In this document: one piece after another, positions 40,373-50,762 of the stretch
Layout of the letters: every line of letters begins with the position of its first letter
How positions within the stretch are numbered: position 1 is the stretch's first letter
Assembly (NCBI GenBank): GCA_964633505.1
Contig: CAZWHC010000002.1
Coordinates: 55,002 to 119,001 of the forward strand
Length of the DNA: 64,000 bases
Origin: an uncultured Rikenellaceae bacterium
GTDB lineage: Bacteria > Bacteroidota > Bacteroidia > Bacteroidales > VadinHA17
Direction of reading: 5' to 3'
Notes under the pieces: generated by a model
What the model was told of the DNA's origin: nothing
Seen by the model: the letters and a program-made list of their open reading frames with translations, nothing else
Databases searched by the model: none
Program-made: the position numbers and the translations under genes

Positions 40373-41335
40373 ATGAACCTGCGATTATATAAACCTTCGG
40401 TTTTTCAGGGAAACCTGAAGAAAAAGAACTATTTCGAAGGCTGGTATTTTAAACAGGTTACCAAAAACCTTTCCCGTACCTGTTCAATAATTCCCGGAAT
40501 CGCGCTTGTTGAAAATGATCCTCATGCATTCATCCAGATCATGGATAGCTCTGCAGGTTACACAGATTATGCAAGATACCCTATAGGGCAATTCAGTTAC
40601 CAGACAAACCATCTTTATGTAAAAATTGGCACATCAGTATTTACAGAGAGAGGGATGGATCTTGATATCAATACTGGAAAAACTGAATTAATCGGTAAAA
40701 TTGATTTTGGCAATGTAGTTCACTATCCTCAGACTGTTTTTTCTCCCGGAATAATGGGATGGTATTCATTTGTCCCTTTCATGGAATGTAATCATGGCGT
40801 TGTTTCGGTAAACCACGATCTGAGAGGTGGAATGTCATTTAACGGGCAGTCAGTTGATTTTAACGGAGGGAAAGGATATATTGAAAAGGACTGGGGAACA
40901 TCATTCCCGGAAGCATGGATATGGGTTCAAAGTAATAATTTTGAAGAACACGATGTGTCGTTCATGCTTTCAATAGCCAAGATACCATGGCTGGGAAGGT
41001 ACTTTATCGGATTGATCTCTTTTTTGTTTCTTAATAAAAAGTTTTATCTGTTCAGTACCTACAACGGATCATCTTTTTCAGAGATCAGAAATAATAATGA
41101 ATTACTGGAAATCACATTATGGAACAACATTCACAAATTAAAGATCAGGATTATTAAAAACTCATTTTGCGATCTGGCTGCTCCTGTTTCGGGTGAAATG
41201 TCACGAAGAATAAAGGAAAGCATCGACTCGGAAGTTCAACTTCAATTATTCGATAAATCAGGAGAACAAATCTATACCGGAATAGGTACCAATGTGGGTC
41301 TGGAGATCATTGAAGGTATTTTCAGGTACCTATGA
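40373..41335 (+). CDS. tocopherol cyclase family protein
   Basis: YFEGWYFK, GIMGW...PFMECNHG, GKGYIEKDWGTSFP..WIW. Confidence 0.9.
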   Translation: MNLRLYKPSVFQGNLKKKNYFEGWYFKQVTKNLSRTCSIIPGIALVENDPHAFIQIMDSSAGYTDYARYPIGQFSYQTNHLYVKIGTSVFTERGMDLDINTGKTELIGKIDFGNVVHYPQTVFSPGIMGWYSFVPFMECNHGVVSVNHDLRGGMSFNGQSVDFNGGKGYIEKDWGTSFPEAWIWVQSNNFEEHDVSFMLSIAKIPWLGRYFIGLISFLFLNKKFYLFSTYNGSSFSEIRNNNELLEITLWNNIHKLKIRIIKNSFCDLAAPVSGEMSRRIKESIDSEVQLQLFDKSGEQIYTGIGTNVGLEIIEGIFRYL

Positions 41336-41505
41336 AAATTAAGTCGTCTGATATTCTTTGACCTTTTAACTTTAAGTTCTAAACCCTCATCCATTTCCGG
41401 AACCAGGAACTAATCCCTTGCTGTACCCATGACTATAGAAGCTTATAAATCCTTAACATTGTATCTTTATAGTGAATTGGTCATCTTTGTCATAAATATA
41501 GTACA

Positions 41506-42741
41506 GTGAATATGAAAAGAAATTTTTTGATTCAAATTGCTTTCAACAGCGTTCTGATTGTTCTTGTTGCTTTGATGGTCAAATGCAGCACGGAGGAAAC
41601 ACTTAACCGCAGTAATTATGTTGATGCTTACAGTTCCTCTGAAACCAAAGAGCTGGTTGCCGGTGTAAAAAAGATACGTGACATTGTAATTTACGAAGAT
41701 TCAATGTTTTACTGCGCTTTTCCTTCGGCAGTAAGACTACCTGACGGAGAATTACTGGTGGCATTCAGAAGAGCTCCCGACAGGACAAAATTCGGAGAAA
41801 GCAGAAACCTGCATGTTGACGATAACAGTTACCTTGTAGCTGTAAGATCACTTGATTGTCTTAACTGGTCAAAAGATCCTGAACTTCTTTATGCACATCC
41901 CTTTGGAGGCTCTCAGGATCCGTGCCTGTTACTGCTCAGCGATGGGTCAGTGCTATGTTCCAGTTATGGATGGAAGTCAATCAGGCCAGATGGTTTGCCA
42001 AATCTGAAACAGCCATATTCGGAAAACAACGGGGCGATTTTTCTCGGGGGCTATCTTACCCGGTCTTCGGATGGAGGAAGAAGCTGGAGCCCCGCAATTT
42101 ACCCTCCTTCAGTCCCGACTGAGAATATATTTAATCCTTTTGGAAAAAAACTGCCGGCCTTCAACAGGGGGGCAATGTGCGAAGCAAGCGATGGGCGTAT
42201 TTTATGGGCTGTCGCATCGGCTCAGGAAAATGGCAGAACTGCTGTCCATCTCATGACTTCGTCCGATAAAGGCTATACATGGAACTACTCCTGTCCGATA
42301 GCTGCTGATGACTCGGTTGCATTTAATGAGACATCACTCTTTGAGACTCCCGGGGGAGACATTGTTGCTTTCATGAGGACGGCCTCATATAGCGACCAGG
42401 CCTGCATTGCCCGTTCCAAAGATGGAGGAAGGACATTCCTCCCATGGGAATCAATGGGTTTTCAGGGGCATCCGCTTAATGCAATACAACTTCCCGATCT
42501 TAGGGTACTTCTGACTTATGGCTACAGGCATGAACCCTATGGAATAAGAGCCAGGATACTGAATGCTGAATGCAATGATTTTCTTTCATCCCCTGAGATA
42601 ATTATCCGGGAAGACGGCGGAAGCACTGATCTGGGTTACACGTGGCCGGCCCTCCTCGATAAAACCCATGTTCTGGTTGTATATTATTTCAATAAAAATA
42701 ATGGTATTAGGTTCATTGGAGGAACAATACTTGAAATATAA
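41506..42741 (+). CDS. sialidase-family (BNR/Asp-box) protein
   Basis: Asp-boxes SSDGGRSW, SSDKGYTW, SKDGGRTF; DLGY. Confidence 0.85.
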   Translation: MNMKRNFLIQIAFNSVLIVLVALMVKCSTEETLNRSNYVDAYSSSETKELVAGVKKIRDIVIYEDSMFYCAFPSAVRLPDGELLVAFRRAPDRTKFGESRNLHVDDNSYLVAVRSLDCLNWSKDPELLYAHPFGGSQDPCLLLLSDGSVLCSSYGWKSIRPDGLPNLKQPYSENNGAIFLGGYLTRSSDGGRSWSPAIYPPSVPTENIFNPFGKKLPAFNRGAMCEASDGRILWAVASAQENGRTAVHLMTSSDKGYTWNYSCPIAADDSVAFNETSLFETPGGDIVAFMRTASYSDQACIARSKDGGRTFLPWESMGFQGHPLNAIQLPDLRVLLTYGYRHEPYGIRARILNAECNDFLSSPEIIIREDGGSTDLGYTWPALLDKTHVLVVYYFNKNNGIRFIGGTILEI

Positions 42742-42814
42742 TTCACCATATTGCATAATCTGCGCGACACTATTACCTGATAAAGCATTGCAAAATCTTC
42801 GATAATCGCAAATT

Positions 42815-43807
42815 TTAGATTGATTGTCGTTCTGGATTTACCTTAGTCGAATCACCCTCCTCAATTGCTGAAATGAAAAAGGAAAGAATATCCTCCATGA
42901 CTTCCGGTGGGTGCTTGTGTCCCAGACTGTCGTATGTTATGATCGTAGCAGCAATACCTGCATTCCCATAAATTTCCCCGCAGGTGACCCAGCGGTCTGG
43001 CTGCATCTTTTCTCCTATTACTTTGAATACGGCTTCCCTTTCTTCAGGATCATATCCGTCGTCGAAAAGAATGGCGTCATTCTCATCAAGCCCTCCCATA
43101 AAAAGGTACTGCGGAATATTCCTGAAAGCTGAGGAATCGAATGGTTCGTTGAATAACCGACTGAAATCATTTGTTCCAAGTGGATAATTAAGCTCGGTTC
43201 CTTCAATCTTACTTACGGGAAGCATCAAAAGACCGTTAAGTCCCCCGGCTGCAAGGGCATAAATCTTTTCAGGATGAATCAGGGAAAACCTGTTCGCAAA
43301 CGTTCCTGAGGCCGAGAACCCGGTCATAAGTACCTGACTTTTTGTCGGATATCCCAGCTTGAGAAGCGTGTCCCTGGCATCTTCTATCATTCTGATAAGC
43401 TGAATATCAATCCTTTCAAGTGGATTATCCTTCTGCAGGATGGCGTCTCTGTCAAGAGCATGTGTATAGATCTTCCAGTCCGATTCAGGCCTGGGAAAGA
43501 CCGGGACTAATAAGGGATACCCAAGCTTTCCTGAAATATAATTACCGATATAGTAATCAATGGAAGCTGTCCGCCTGGCTTTCTCAAGATGTTCCCCGAT
43601 CTTGTCATTTGCAAAACCTGAGTTGTTAGGTTCTACGATAAGAAAAAGTTCTTTTTGATCTGACATACTGTCGGGGAGAAATAGAAGATAGGGAAAATTG
43701 AATCCTTTTCCTGAGTCGGCTTCTATTTCAAAAAGATTCCTGTTCTTCTTCCCGGAGCACGACACGAGGATTAAAACCATGATGAAAAATACAAATTGCC
43801 TTTGCAT
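42815..43807 (-). CDS. lipoprotein, alpha/beta-hydrolase-like
   Basis: Lipobox LVSC; GFSASG nucleophile-like motif; LGH. Confidence 0.7.
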   Translation of the reverse strand: MQRQFVFFIMVLILVSCSGKKNRNLFEIEADSGKGFNFPYLLFLPDSMSDQKELFLIVEPNNSGFANDKIGEHLEKARRTASIDYYIGNYISGKLGYPLLVPVFPRPESDWKIYTHALDRDAILQKDNPLERIDIQLIRMIEDARDTLLKLGYPTKSQVLMTGFSASGTFANRFSLIHPEKIYALAAGGLNGLLMLPVSKIEGTELNYPLGTNDFSRLFNEPFDSSAFRNIPQYLFMGGLDENDAILFDDGYDPEEREAVFKVIGEKMQPDRWVTCGEIYGNAGIAATIITYDSLGHKHPPEVMEDILSFFISAIEEGDSTKVNPERQSI

Positions 43808-43905
43808 AATTATCTTATGTTATTGTTTTATTGACTTACCATACCTGTCGCAGGTCACCAAAACTGCAATTATTATTTTCTTCCCGCCCGGATTGTTTTA
43901 CCGAT

Positions 43906-44133
43906 TCACGGTTTGAACTTACCGATGACATCATTTACGAATTCATGGGGTAATTTCGTGGCCTCTGAAATCTGCCGTGGGCTTAGTACTTCATTTTTAA
44001 GCATTATTACCATGAATTCCATCGATTCTCCTATTTCAATTTTATGCATGTCGGGGTCATGTATTTCATCTTTGGCTTGTATTAATTGATAAGCCTTTGG
44101 ATTTTGTATCAACAATAGCCCGTATTGCAACAA
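43906..44133 (-). CDS. small hypothetical protein
   Basis: 75-aa ORF with TTG start directly downstream of the GyrA-CTD-like gene. Confidence 0.35.
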   Translation of the reverse strand: MLQYGLLLIQNPKAYQLIQAKDEIHDPDMHKIEIGESMEFMVIMLKNEVLSPRQISEATKLPHEFVNDVIGKFKP

Positions 44134-44151
44134 TATCCACGGGAGAAGAAA

Positions 44152-44790
44152 TCAGATTTCATCTCCGGGTTTCAGATAAAATCCTATGGCATTAAGCGAA
44201 TCGCCCTTGCGGTAATATTCAGGATCAGCCAGTTTTGTGTTCTCCAGCCGTTTAACCTTTATCATGGAGCTGCCGGCTTTCGGTTTCATAAGCTGTACAC
44301 CTTTTGTTGACCTGCTGCCCACAGGATTGATAAGGGAAGTGTTGAACACAACTACCTTCCTGATGCTGCTCATTGCAGCCAGATCAACATCATGGTCAAC
44401 GAGTTCGATAAAAATTAGTCGCGATTCATTATTGAAAGCATTCTTAAGCTTTTTTCTTGCATATTCTGTCTGGAAGCTATCCATGGTAATCTTTCCAATT
44501 TTGCCATTTTCAAATGCCACGATCAGGAAACCTTTATATCTCTTTTCTCCAGTCAGATAGATAGGTCTTTCACCCGGTTCAGTATCAATTTTCTGCAAAG
44601 CCTGGAACTTGTCCGCAAGTTCCTTTTTCTGAACTTTATAGACATTACAGAGGGATGTAAACACAAGGATCTCATTTGAATTTGAATCGTCCGATACCTT
44701 AATTGTAGCTGACCCGGAAGGAGGCTCGGTCCTGATATCTTTTCTTTCTTCCATTTCTATTTTCTTTCGTAGACTCTCTGCACTTTGCAT
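44152..44790 (-). CDS. stand-alone DNA gyrase/topoisomerase IV subunit A C-terminal-domain-like protein
   Basis: YKGFLIVAFENGKIGKI, RKKLKNAF, KVVVFNT..I, KGVQLMK, DPEYYR resemble the CTD of Firmicutes-type GyrA/ParC; in-frame TAA 6 codons upstream of the ATG. Confidence 0.7.
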   Translation of the reverse strand: MQSAESLRKKIEMEERKDIRTEPPSGSATIKVSDDSNSNEILVFTSLCNVYKVQKKELADKFQALQKIDTEPGERPIYLTGEKRYKGFLIVAFENGKIGKITMDSFQTEYARKKLKNAFNNESRLIFIELVDHDVDLAAMSSIRKVVVFNTSLINPVGSRSTKGVQLMKPKAGSSMIKVKRLENTKLADPEYYRKGDSLNAIGFYLKPGDEI

Positions 44791-44959
44791 TGTATCTGAT
44801 TTTGATTAATTCCCAAATGTGGAAAATATTCTTCTTTCTGCTTCTGTTTAACAGTATTTTTTATCATGCGGCAGGTCCCTTATTTTTTTGTATTTGGTTT
44901 AGATAAAAAATATTCAGCCATATAAAGAATTTACCAAAACGACGGGAGAAAGCTGATTG

Positions 44960-45303
44960 GGGCTAAAGCCCCCGCAAGTTGTGTGGTGCGTTACTAACCG
45001 TTGGCTGAAGCCAACGGTACAAAGCCAACGATACAAAGCCAACGATATTATTTATTTGCAGGATTAATATTCTCCTGTGGAATAATAAGTAAGAGCATTA
45101 TGAGTAATAGGTTGTATTGCTGTCAGCTTCAGATGGTTTAACCGTCAGCTTCAGGTGGTTTAACCCTCAGCTTCAGATGGTTTTGCCCTTTTGCCGTCAG
45201 CTTCAGGTGGTTTAGCCGTCAGCTTCAGATGATTTTGCCCTTTTGCCGTCAGCTTCAGCTGACGGCATAAGGAGCCCCTATCTGTCTCCGGGACTTTAGT
45301 CCC
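44960..45303. repeat. REP/BIME-like palindrome cluster with internal tandem amplification
   Basis: GGGGCTAAAGCCCC (44960), ACCGTTGGCTGAAGCCAACGGT plus two ACAAAGCCAACGAT echoes, six TCAGCTTCAG units (45123, 45145, 45167, 45197, 45219, 45249) ending in GCCGTCAGCTTCAGCTGACGGC, GGGACTTTAGTCCC (45290). Confidence 0.85.
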
Positions 45304-45326
45304 ATTTTGCCTTTGCCTCCTGAACA

Positions 45327-45716
45327 TTAAAGGTATTTCCTGCTTTTTTCAAACTCTATCAGTTCCACAGGTGCTCCGTTGTGAATGATCATGGCAACTC
45401 TGGTTCCCTCACCGGGAGAATTCGGAGGGGTGAGTATCTCAAAACAACCTCTTGAAAGTTCAAGATCTAGATCATCAACTTCGAAGGCAATGTGAGGAAC
45501 TTTCTGTATTATGTCGTTGATTGGACTGTCACTTTCAAACCTCATCCATTCTATTCCGTAAGGGCTTGAATCAAAGCCCGAGACATAAAACCTGTATCCA
45601 GGAAGATATCTTTCATTTTCTTTCCTGATATCAGTTGGTATCCCCAGATGATGATATCTCCAGCCCCATTCTGATACTGCCAGAGGGGGATCACTATCGT
45701 TTCTCTTTACATCCAT
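45327..45716 (-). CDS. VOC/glyoxalase-like protein
   Basis: YHHLGIPT, PHIAFEVDDL, GAPVELIEF. Confidence 0.78.
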   Translation of the reverse strand: MDVKRNDSDPPLAVSEWGWRYHHLGIPTDIRKENERYLPGYRFYVSGFDSSPYGIEWMRFESDSPINDIIQKVPHIAFEVDDLDLELSRGCFEILTPPNSPGEGTRVAMIIHNGAPVELIEFEKSRKYL

Positions 45717-45832
45717 TAGACGGTTTTCATTAAATGATTACTAAAATACACATTAGGGCCTTGAAGACAATTTCTATTGGAATTATTGTTAATTTTATTA
45801 TTCTCTAAAATTAGTGACATATACATCACATA

Positions 45833-46618
45833 ATGAAAAAAGTAAGTTTACTATTTCCGGTTGTCTTCATCTTTTTTTCTGTCAGCTCCTCATTTGGACA
45901 GCTGAATACCCGCAATCTCGACATAGTCTATATCGGCAACAGCATCACCCAGGGCGTCCAGCTAGGCGATCCTGCCGAAGAAGCTCCTCCCGCATTTGCA
46001 ACTAAATACATTCGGACCCTTAAGGGAGTGGAGTCGGCCAGATTCCTTAACCGGGGGAAGAGCGGCTATACAACGGTGAACTTTCTCCATACTCCCGATG
46101 GTGAACTGTCAAAAATTATAACGGCGGTAAAGGAATTTCATGCCGACAACAGCCGGCTGCTTGTTTTTTCAATAATGCTGGGTACAAACGACAGCGCTGA
46201 GGAGGGACCCTTAGGATCGCCTCTTTATCCTGAAGAATTTCACTTCAATATAAAAGCGATCACCGACAAGCTTCTTACTGAGTTCCCGGGATGTAAAGTA
46301 GTTTATCAGAAGCCTGTATGGTATAGTCCGACAACTTATAACCGTTCGAGGTATCTTAAGGCCGGACTTGAAAGGCTGCAATCATATTTCCCGGAGCTAA
46401 GATCGCTGGTGGCGGAATATTCCAAGACACACACCGGGCGATTACAAATGGGTGATACCCTGGCGTTTGCCTACTTCAGGGATAACTATCTGACAGATCT
46501 CATCCCCGAATCGGGTAACGCTGGTACCTTCTATCTTCATCCGAACAGGAAGGGAGCAGAAGCTTTAGGAAAATTCTGGGGTGACGGAATATATGAGGCA
46601 TTGCTTAAAATGCAATGA
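45833..46618 (+). CDS. SGNH/GDSL hydrolase
   Basis: IGNSIT, GKSG, LGTND, LHPN..G. Confidence 0.9.
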   Translation: MKKVSLLFPVVFIFFSVSSSFGQLNTRNLDIVYIGNSITQGVQLGDPAEEAPPAFATKYIRTLKGVESARFLNRGKSGYTTVNFLHTPDGELSKIITAVKEFHADNSRLLVFSIMLGTNDSAEEGPLGSPLYPEEFHFNIKAITDKLLTEFPGCKVVYQKPVWYSPTTYNRSRYLKAGLERLQSYFPELRSLVAEYSKTHTGRLQMGDTLAFAYFRDNYLTDLIPESGNAGTFYLHPNRKGAEALGKFWGDGIYEALLKMQ

Positions 46619-46698
46619 TGTTATTCAGAATCATGATGGTATGACCAGATCCTGAATTATATCAAAACCCTGCACAACAACAATTTATAGTTAGTCAC

Positions 46699-47052
46699 TC
46701 AAATTTTCATCTCCATAATGAACTCCCTCAGAGCTACGGCATTATTGTACTTTTCTTCACGAGAGGAATAAAGGAGAGTTATTTTTCCATATTCTTTATC
46801 CAGTCGTTTTAGCTTAAGCAGTACATCCTGTTTGCCGGAGAGTTCTTCCCTGTACCTCAGCCTGAATTCCTCCCATTTATCAGGATCGTGGCCGTACCAG
46901 TTCCTCAATTCATTACTTGGAGATATTTCCTTCAGCCATTCATTACATCCTGCTTTTTCCTTTGAAAAGCCTCTTGGCCAGAGCCTGTCGACAAGTACCT
47001 TGTATCCTTCGCCGGCCGCTTCAGTATCATAGATTCTTCTGATTGTGATCAT
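46699..47052 (-). CDS. DUF488 (YeaO-like) protein
   Basis: LVDRLWPRG, WLKEISPSNELRNWYGHDP, ITLLYS. Confidence 0.92.
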   Translation of the reverse strand: MITIRRIYDTEAAGEGYKVLVDRLWPRGFSKEKAGCNEWLKEISPSNELRNWYGHDPDKWEEFRLRYREELSGKQDVLLKLKRLDKEYGKITLLYSSREEKYNNAVALREFIMEMKI

Positions 47053-47337
47053 GTACTGGTATTAAGTTAGATGTAAAATTCCTTTATCTGAATTATGAAT
47101 TCAAATTAGGTTTTTTTTCATTATGACAATATGAAAATCAGGGTGCAGTATTTAAATTTTATTATTCCGGGATTTTGTTATTAAAATTTGTTAAAACGGT
47201 AAAGGGAAAGGTTGCCGGAGATGCAGATTCAAAAATTTTCTTTTTCTTGCAGAAAATGCATTCAAATAGAGAATTAGGTCCAGATAAATTGTTTACCTGT
47301 TAAGGATAAATTGACTTTAAACGAAAAAAATAAATTT

Positions 47338-48588
47338 ATGAAACTAAAATCTGTTCAGTTTATATTTATTCCAATACTTTTTATTTCAAATGTAAAAGTT
47401 GCTGAATGTCAGCTCTATGAATGGCGCGGACCCGGTCGTACAGGTATTTACAATGAAACAGGACTGCTGAGGAAATGGCCTGCCAGAGGTCCTGCACTTT
47501 TATGGGAATCGAATAATATGGGAGATGGATACTCTTCCCCGACCGTTACTGATGATGCAATTTATATCACAGGACGTAAAGATGATTCAGATGTCCTTAC
47601 AGCGCTTACCTTGCAGGGAAAGCTTAAATGGGAAGTAGTTTATGGTAAGGCATGGGTTGCCAACCATACCGGATCGCGGTGCACCCCAACATATTATAAT
47701 GGAAAGATTTTTCTTATCAGTGGCAACGGTGATCTGGTTTGCGCAGGCACCGACGGAAAAATCAAATGGTCGGTCAACCATTATGAAATGTTTGACGGCA
47801 AGCCTATCCAGTTCGGCATTTCTGAATCTCCCGTTGTAACCGGCAATAAGGTCATTGCATCGCCCGGTGGTAACTTAGCTTCACTTGCTGCTTTCAACAT
47901 TGAAAACGGAAAGCTGATCTGGTCGTCTGAACCGTTGGGCGACGGTCCGCAATATGTCAATCCTTTACTTATCGATTATGCCGGGAAACAGATAATCGTC
48001 ACGGTAAGCGGAACAATGATATTCGCTGTTAATGCTGCCGACGGAAAGATCCTGTGGAAAGTTAATTATGCAGAACAAAACGGAGCAGCAGGCAATGTAC
48101 GGAAAAACCATGCTATCACACCAATCTTCAGGGATGGAAATATTCTGATCGCAAACGGTTATGGCTGGGTTGCTCTAAAACTGAAACTATCTGCTGATGG
48201 AAATTCTGTTCAGAAAGTATGGGAGAACAGGAATTTTGATCCTCAGCTGGGTGGAGTTGTCTTACTGGGAAACAAATTGTATGGAGCCAATCATCAGTCT
48301 GAACCTGCCGACACATGGATCTGCGTCGACTGGAATACCGGTAAAACCCTGTGGACAGAGAAATGGTATACCAGGGGGTCTGTAATTTCTGCCGACAACA
48401 TGCTGATATTGTTTGAAGAACGATCGGGTCACGTTGGCCTTGCCATTCCTGAGGCAACGAAACTGAATATAGTCAGCGAATTCCAGGTTACAAAAGGAGA
48501 CGGACCATTCTGGGCTCATCCTGTAATAAGCAAGGGAAAGCTGTATATAAGGCACGGCGATATACTGATGGTTTACCAGATTAAGTAA
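47338..48588 (+). CDS. PQQ-binding-like beta-propeller repeat protein
   Basis: WRGPGRTG, repeated GKLIW motifs, WAHPVISKGKLYIR; likely ATG at 47338. Confidence 0.9.
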   Translation: MKLKSVQFIFIPILFISNVKVAECQLYEWRGPGRTGIYNETGLLRKWPARGPALLWESNNMGDGYSSPTVTDDAIYITGRKDDSDVLTALTLQGKLKWEVVYGKAWVANHTGSRCTPTYYNGKIFLISGNGDLVCAGTDGKIKWSVNHYEMFDGKPIQFGISESPVVTGNKVIASPGGNLASLAAFNIENGKLIWSSEPLGDGPQYVNPLLIDYAGKQIIVTVSGTMIFAVNAADGKILWKVNYAEQNGAAGNVRKNHAITPIFRDGNILIANGYGWVALKLKLSADGNSVQKVWENRNFDPQLGGVVLLGNKLYGANHQSEPADTWICVDWNTGKTLWTEKWYTRGSVISADNMLILFEERSGHVGLAIPEATKLNIVSEFQVTKGDGPFWAHPVISKGKLYIRHGDILMVYQIK

Positions 48589-48714
48589 ATATCTGTTAAT
48601 AATGAAGCTGTGCCGATCTGATCAATTCATTTCATTGTAAACATTACAATTGAATATTTTGTTAATATTACATGATATTACCGGCTGCCGGTAAAATGAA
48701 TTGATAATATTACA

Positions 48715-50121
48715 ATGTTCAATTACACAGCTTTATATACAGATCAGTATCAGCTGACAATGGCCCAGGCCTATTTTATCGACGGGCAAAAGAATGATGT
48801 TGCTGTATTTGATTATTTCTTCAGGAAGCTTCCTTTCGGAGGCGGTTATGCTGTTTTTTCAGGGCTTGAGGTTGTTCTTGATATTCTTGAAAACCTGAGA
48901 TTTGATAAAAACGATCTGGAATTTCTCAAAGAACAGGGATTCAACCCGGAGTTTGTAAACTATCTCAAAGAATTCAGGTTCCGGGGCAACATTTATTCTT
49001 CTACTGAAGGTGATCTGATTTTTCCGGTACGTCCTGTACTTCAGGTTGAGGCGAATATCATGGAAGCCCAGATAATTGAGACCCTACTGTTGAATCTTCT
49101 GAACTTTCAGTCGCTGATTGCAACAAAGGCCAGTCGTATGCGACTTGCCGCAGGCGACCGCACTCTTATTGATTTTGGATTGCGGAGGGCCCAGGGACCG
49201 GGAGGTTATTATGCAAGCAGGGCGGCCGTGATCGGGGGCTTTGATGCAACCAGTAATGTTGCTGCCGGTCGCGACTTTGGCATACCTGTATCAGGCACAA
49301 TGGCACATTCATATATCGAAAGCTTCGACAGCGAGCTGGCCTCGTTTGAACATTTTGCTGAGGTCCATCCCGATAACTGCGTTTTGCTTGTCGATACTTA
49401 CGATACTCTTAACAGCGGAATTCCGAATGCAGTCAGCACTGCAAAAAAAATGGAAGAAAAAGGACACAGGTTGCGGGGTATAAGGCTCGACAGCGGCGAC
49501 CTTGCATACCTTTCCAAAAGATGCCGTGAGATTCTCGATAATGCCGGTCTTGACTATGTAAAAATAGCAGTATCAAACCAGCTTGATGAATATATTATAC
49601 AGAGTCTTATCGAACAGAAGGCTCCGATTGATGTTTTTGGTGTTGGGACAAGCCTTGTAACAGGGTATCCCGATGCCTCACTCGATGGTGTCTATAAACT
49701 CGCCTTTTCTGATGGGTTGCCGCGTATCAAACTGTCGGAGAACGTGACAAAAATCACCCTGCCTCACAGGAAACAGGTATACAGGATACTTGAAAATGAC
49801 GGGAGATTTACAGGCGCCGATGCCATCACCCTGGAACAGGAACGGGATGTTGATGTTATCTGCCATCCTCTTTTCCCTGCCAAAACAATGTTTACAGGTG
49901 ACAGGAACAAGGAACCTCTTTTGAAAAAAGTTATGGAAGGAGGCAGACGTCTGTCAGATCCCCTTTCATTGACTAAAACTGCCGGATATTGCAAAGAGAG
50001 ACTGGCCCTTTTACCTGAAGAATACAAACGATTCAATAATCCGCATGTTTACAAGGTGGGGCTGAGTGAAAAACTTCGGAATGAGCGCGACAGGCTCATT
50101 GAAGAATATAAAAACAAGTAA
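48715..50121 (+). CDS. pncB: nicotinate phosphoribosyltransferase
   Basis: LYTDQYQLTM, DFGLRRAQG, GTMAHS, LVDTYD, GIRLDSGDL. Confidence 0.96.
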   Translation: MFNYTALYTDQYQLTMAQAYFIDGQKNDVAVFDYFFRKLPFGGGYAVFSGLEVVLDILENLRFDKNDLEFLKEQGFNPEFVNYLKEFRFRGNIYSSTEGDLIFPVRPVLQVEANIMEAQIIETLLLNLLNFQSLIATKASRMRLAAGDRTLIDFGLRRAQGPGGYYASRAAVIGGFDATSNVAAGRDFGIPVSGTMAHSYIESFDSELASFEHFAEVHPDNCVLLVDTYDTLNSGIPNAVSTAKKMEEKGHRLRGIRLDSGDLAYLSKRCREILDNAGLDYVKIAVSNQLDEYIIQSLIEQKAPIDVFGVGTSLVTGYPDASLDGVYKLAFSDGLPRIKLSENVTKITLPHRKQVYRILENDGRFTGADAITLEQERDVDVICHPLFPAKTMFTGDRNKEPLLKKVMEGGRRLSDPLSLTKTAGYCKERLALLPEEYKRFNNPHVYKVGLSEKLRNERDRLIEEYKNK

Positions 50122-50122
50122 T

Positions 50123-50737
50123 ATGACGGCTCTTGTCATTGTAGATGTTCAAAACGATTTTATGCCTTACGGCTCTCTGGGAGTGCCTGACGGTGAACTG
50201 ATAGTGCCGGTTATAAACAAGATACAGTCATTTTATGACGTGGTTCTGGCTACTCAGGACTGGCATCCGCAAAATCATATAAGCTTTGCCTCCAATCACC
50301 CCGGGAAAAAGCCTTTTGAAAAGATCAAACTTGCCGGATCAGGGCAGATACTGTGGCCTGACCATTGTGTTCAGGGAACTGAAGGTGCGATGTTTCATCC
50401 CGGCCTTGAAACCAACGGGTTTGCTGCTGTTTTCCGTAAGGGAATGGATCCCCGGGTCGACAGCTACAGCGGATTCTATGACAACATGCATCTTATTTCA
50501 ACCGGCCTGGGTGGATATCTCAGGGAAAAGGATATCACCGATGTTCATTTTTGCGGTCTGGCCTCTGATATCTGCGTCTATTATACAATAAAAGACGCAG
50601 TAATGGAAGGATTTTCCGTAACCTTTGTCGAAGATGCATCACGTCCCCTAAATACCGGATCTTTTAACCAGCTGAAAAATGAAATGACAAAAATGGGAGT
50701 GAGGATATGCACAAGTGAGACCCTGGATTTCATCTGA
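50123..50737 (+). CDS. pncA: nicotinamidase/pyrazinamidase
   Basis: VDVQNDF, QDWHP, WPDHCVQGT, DSYSGF, GLASDICV; ATG at 50123. Confidence 0.95.
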   Translation: MTALVIVDVQNDFMPYGSLGVPDGELIVPVINKIQSFYDVVLATQDWHPQNHISFASNHPGKKPFEKIKLAGSGQILWPDHCVQGTEGAMFHPGLETNGFAAVFRKGMDPRVDSYSGFYDNMHLISTGLGGYLREKDITDVHFCGLASDICVYYTIKDAVMEGFSVTFVEDASRPLNTGSFNQLKNEMTKMGVRICTSETLDFI

Positions 50738-50762
50738 GAATGGACATGCCTGTTGACGACCT

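Noticed and set aside
45121-45266. Regularly spaced repeats resembling a CRISPR array
   Set aside because: Units are contiguous 22/30-bp tandem copies with no unique spacers, and no cas genes are nearby; they derive from a REP palindrome
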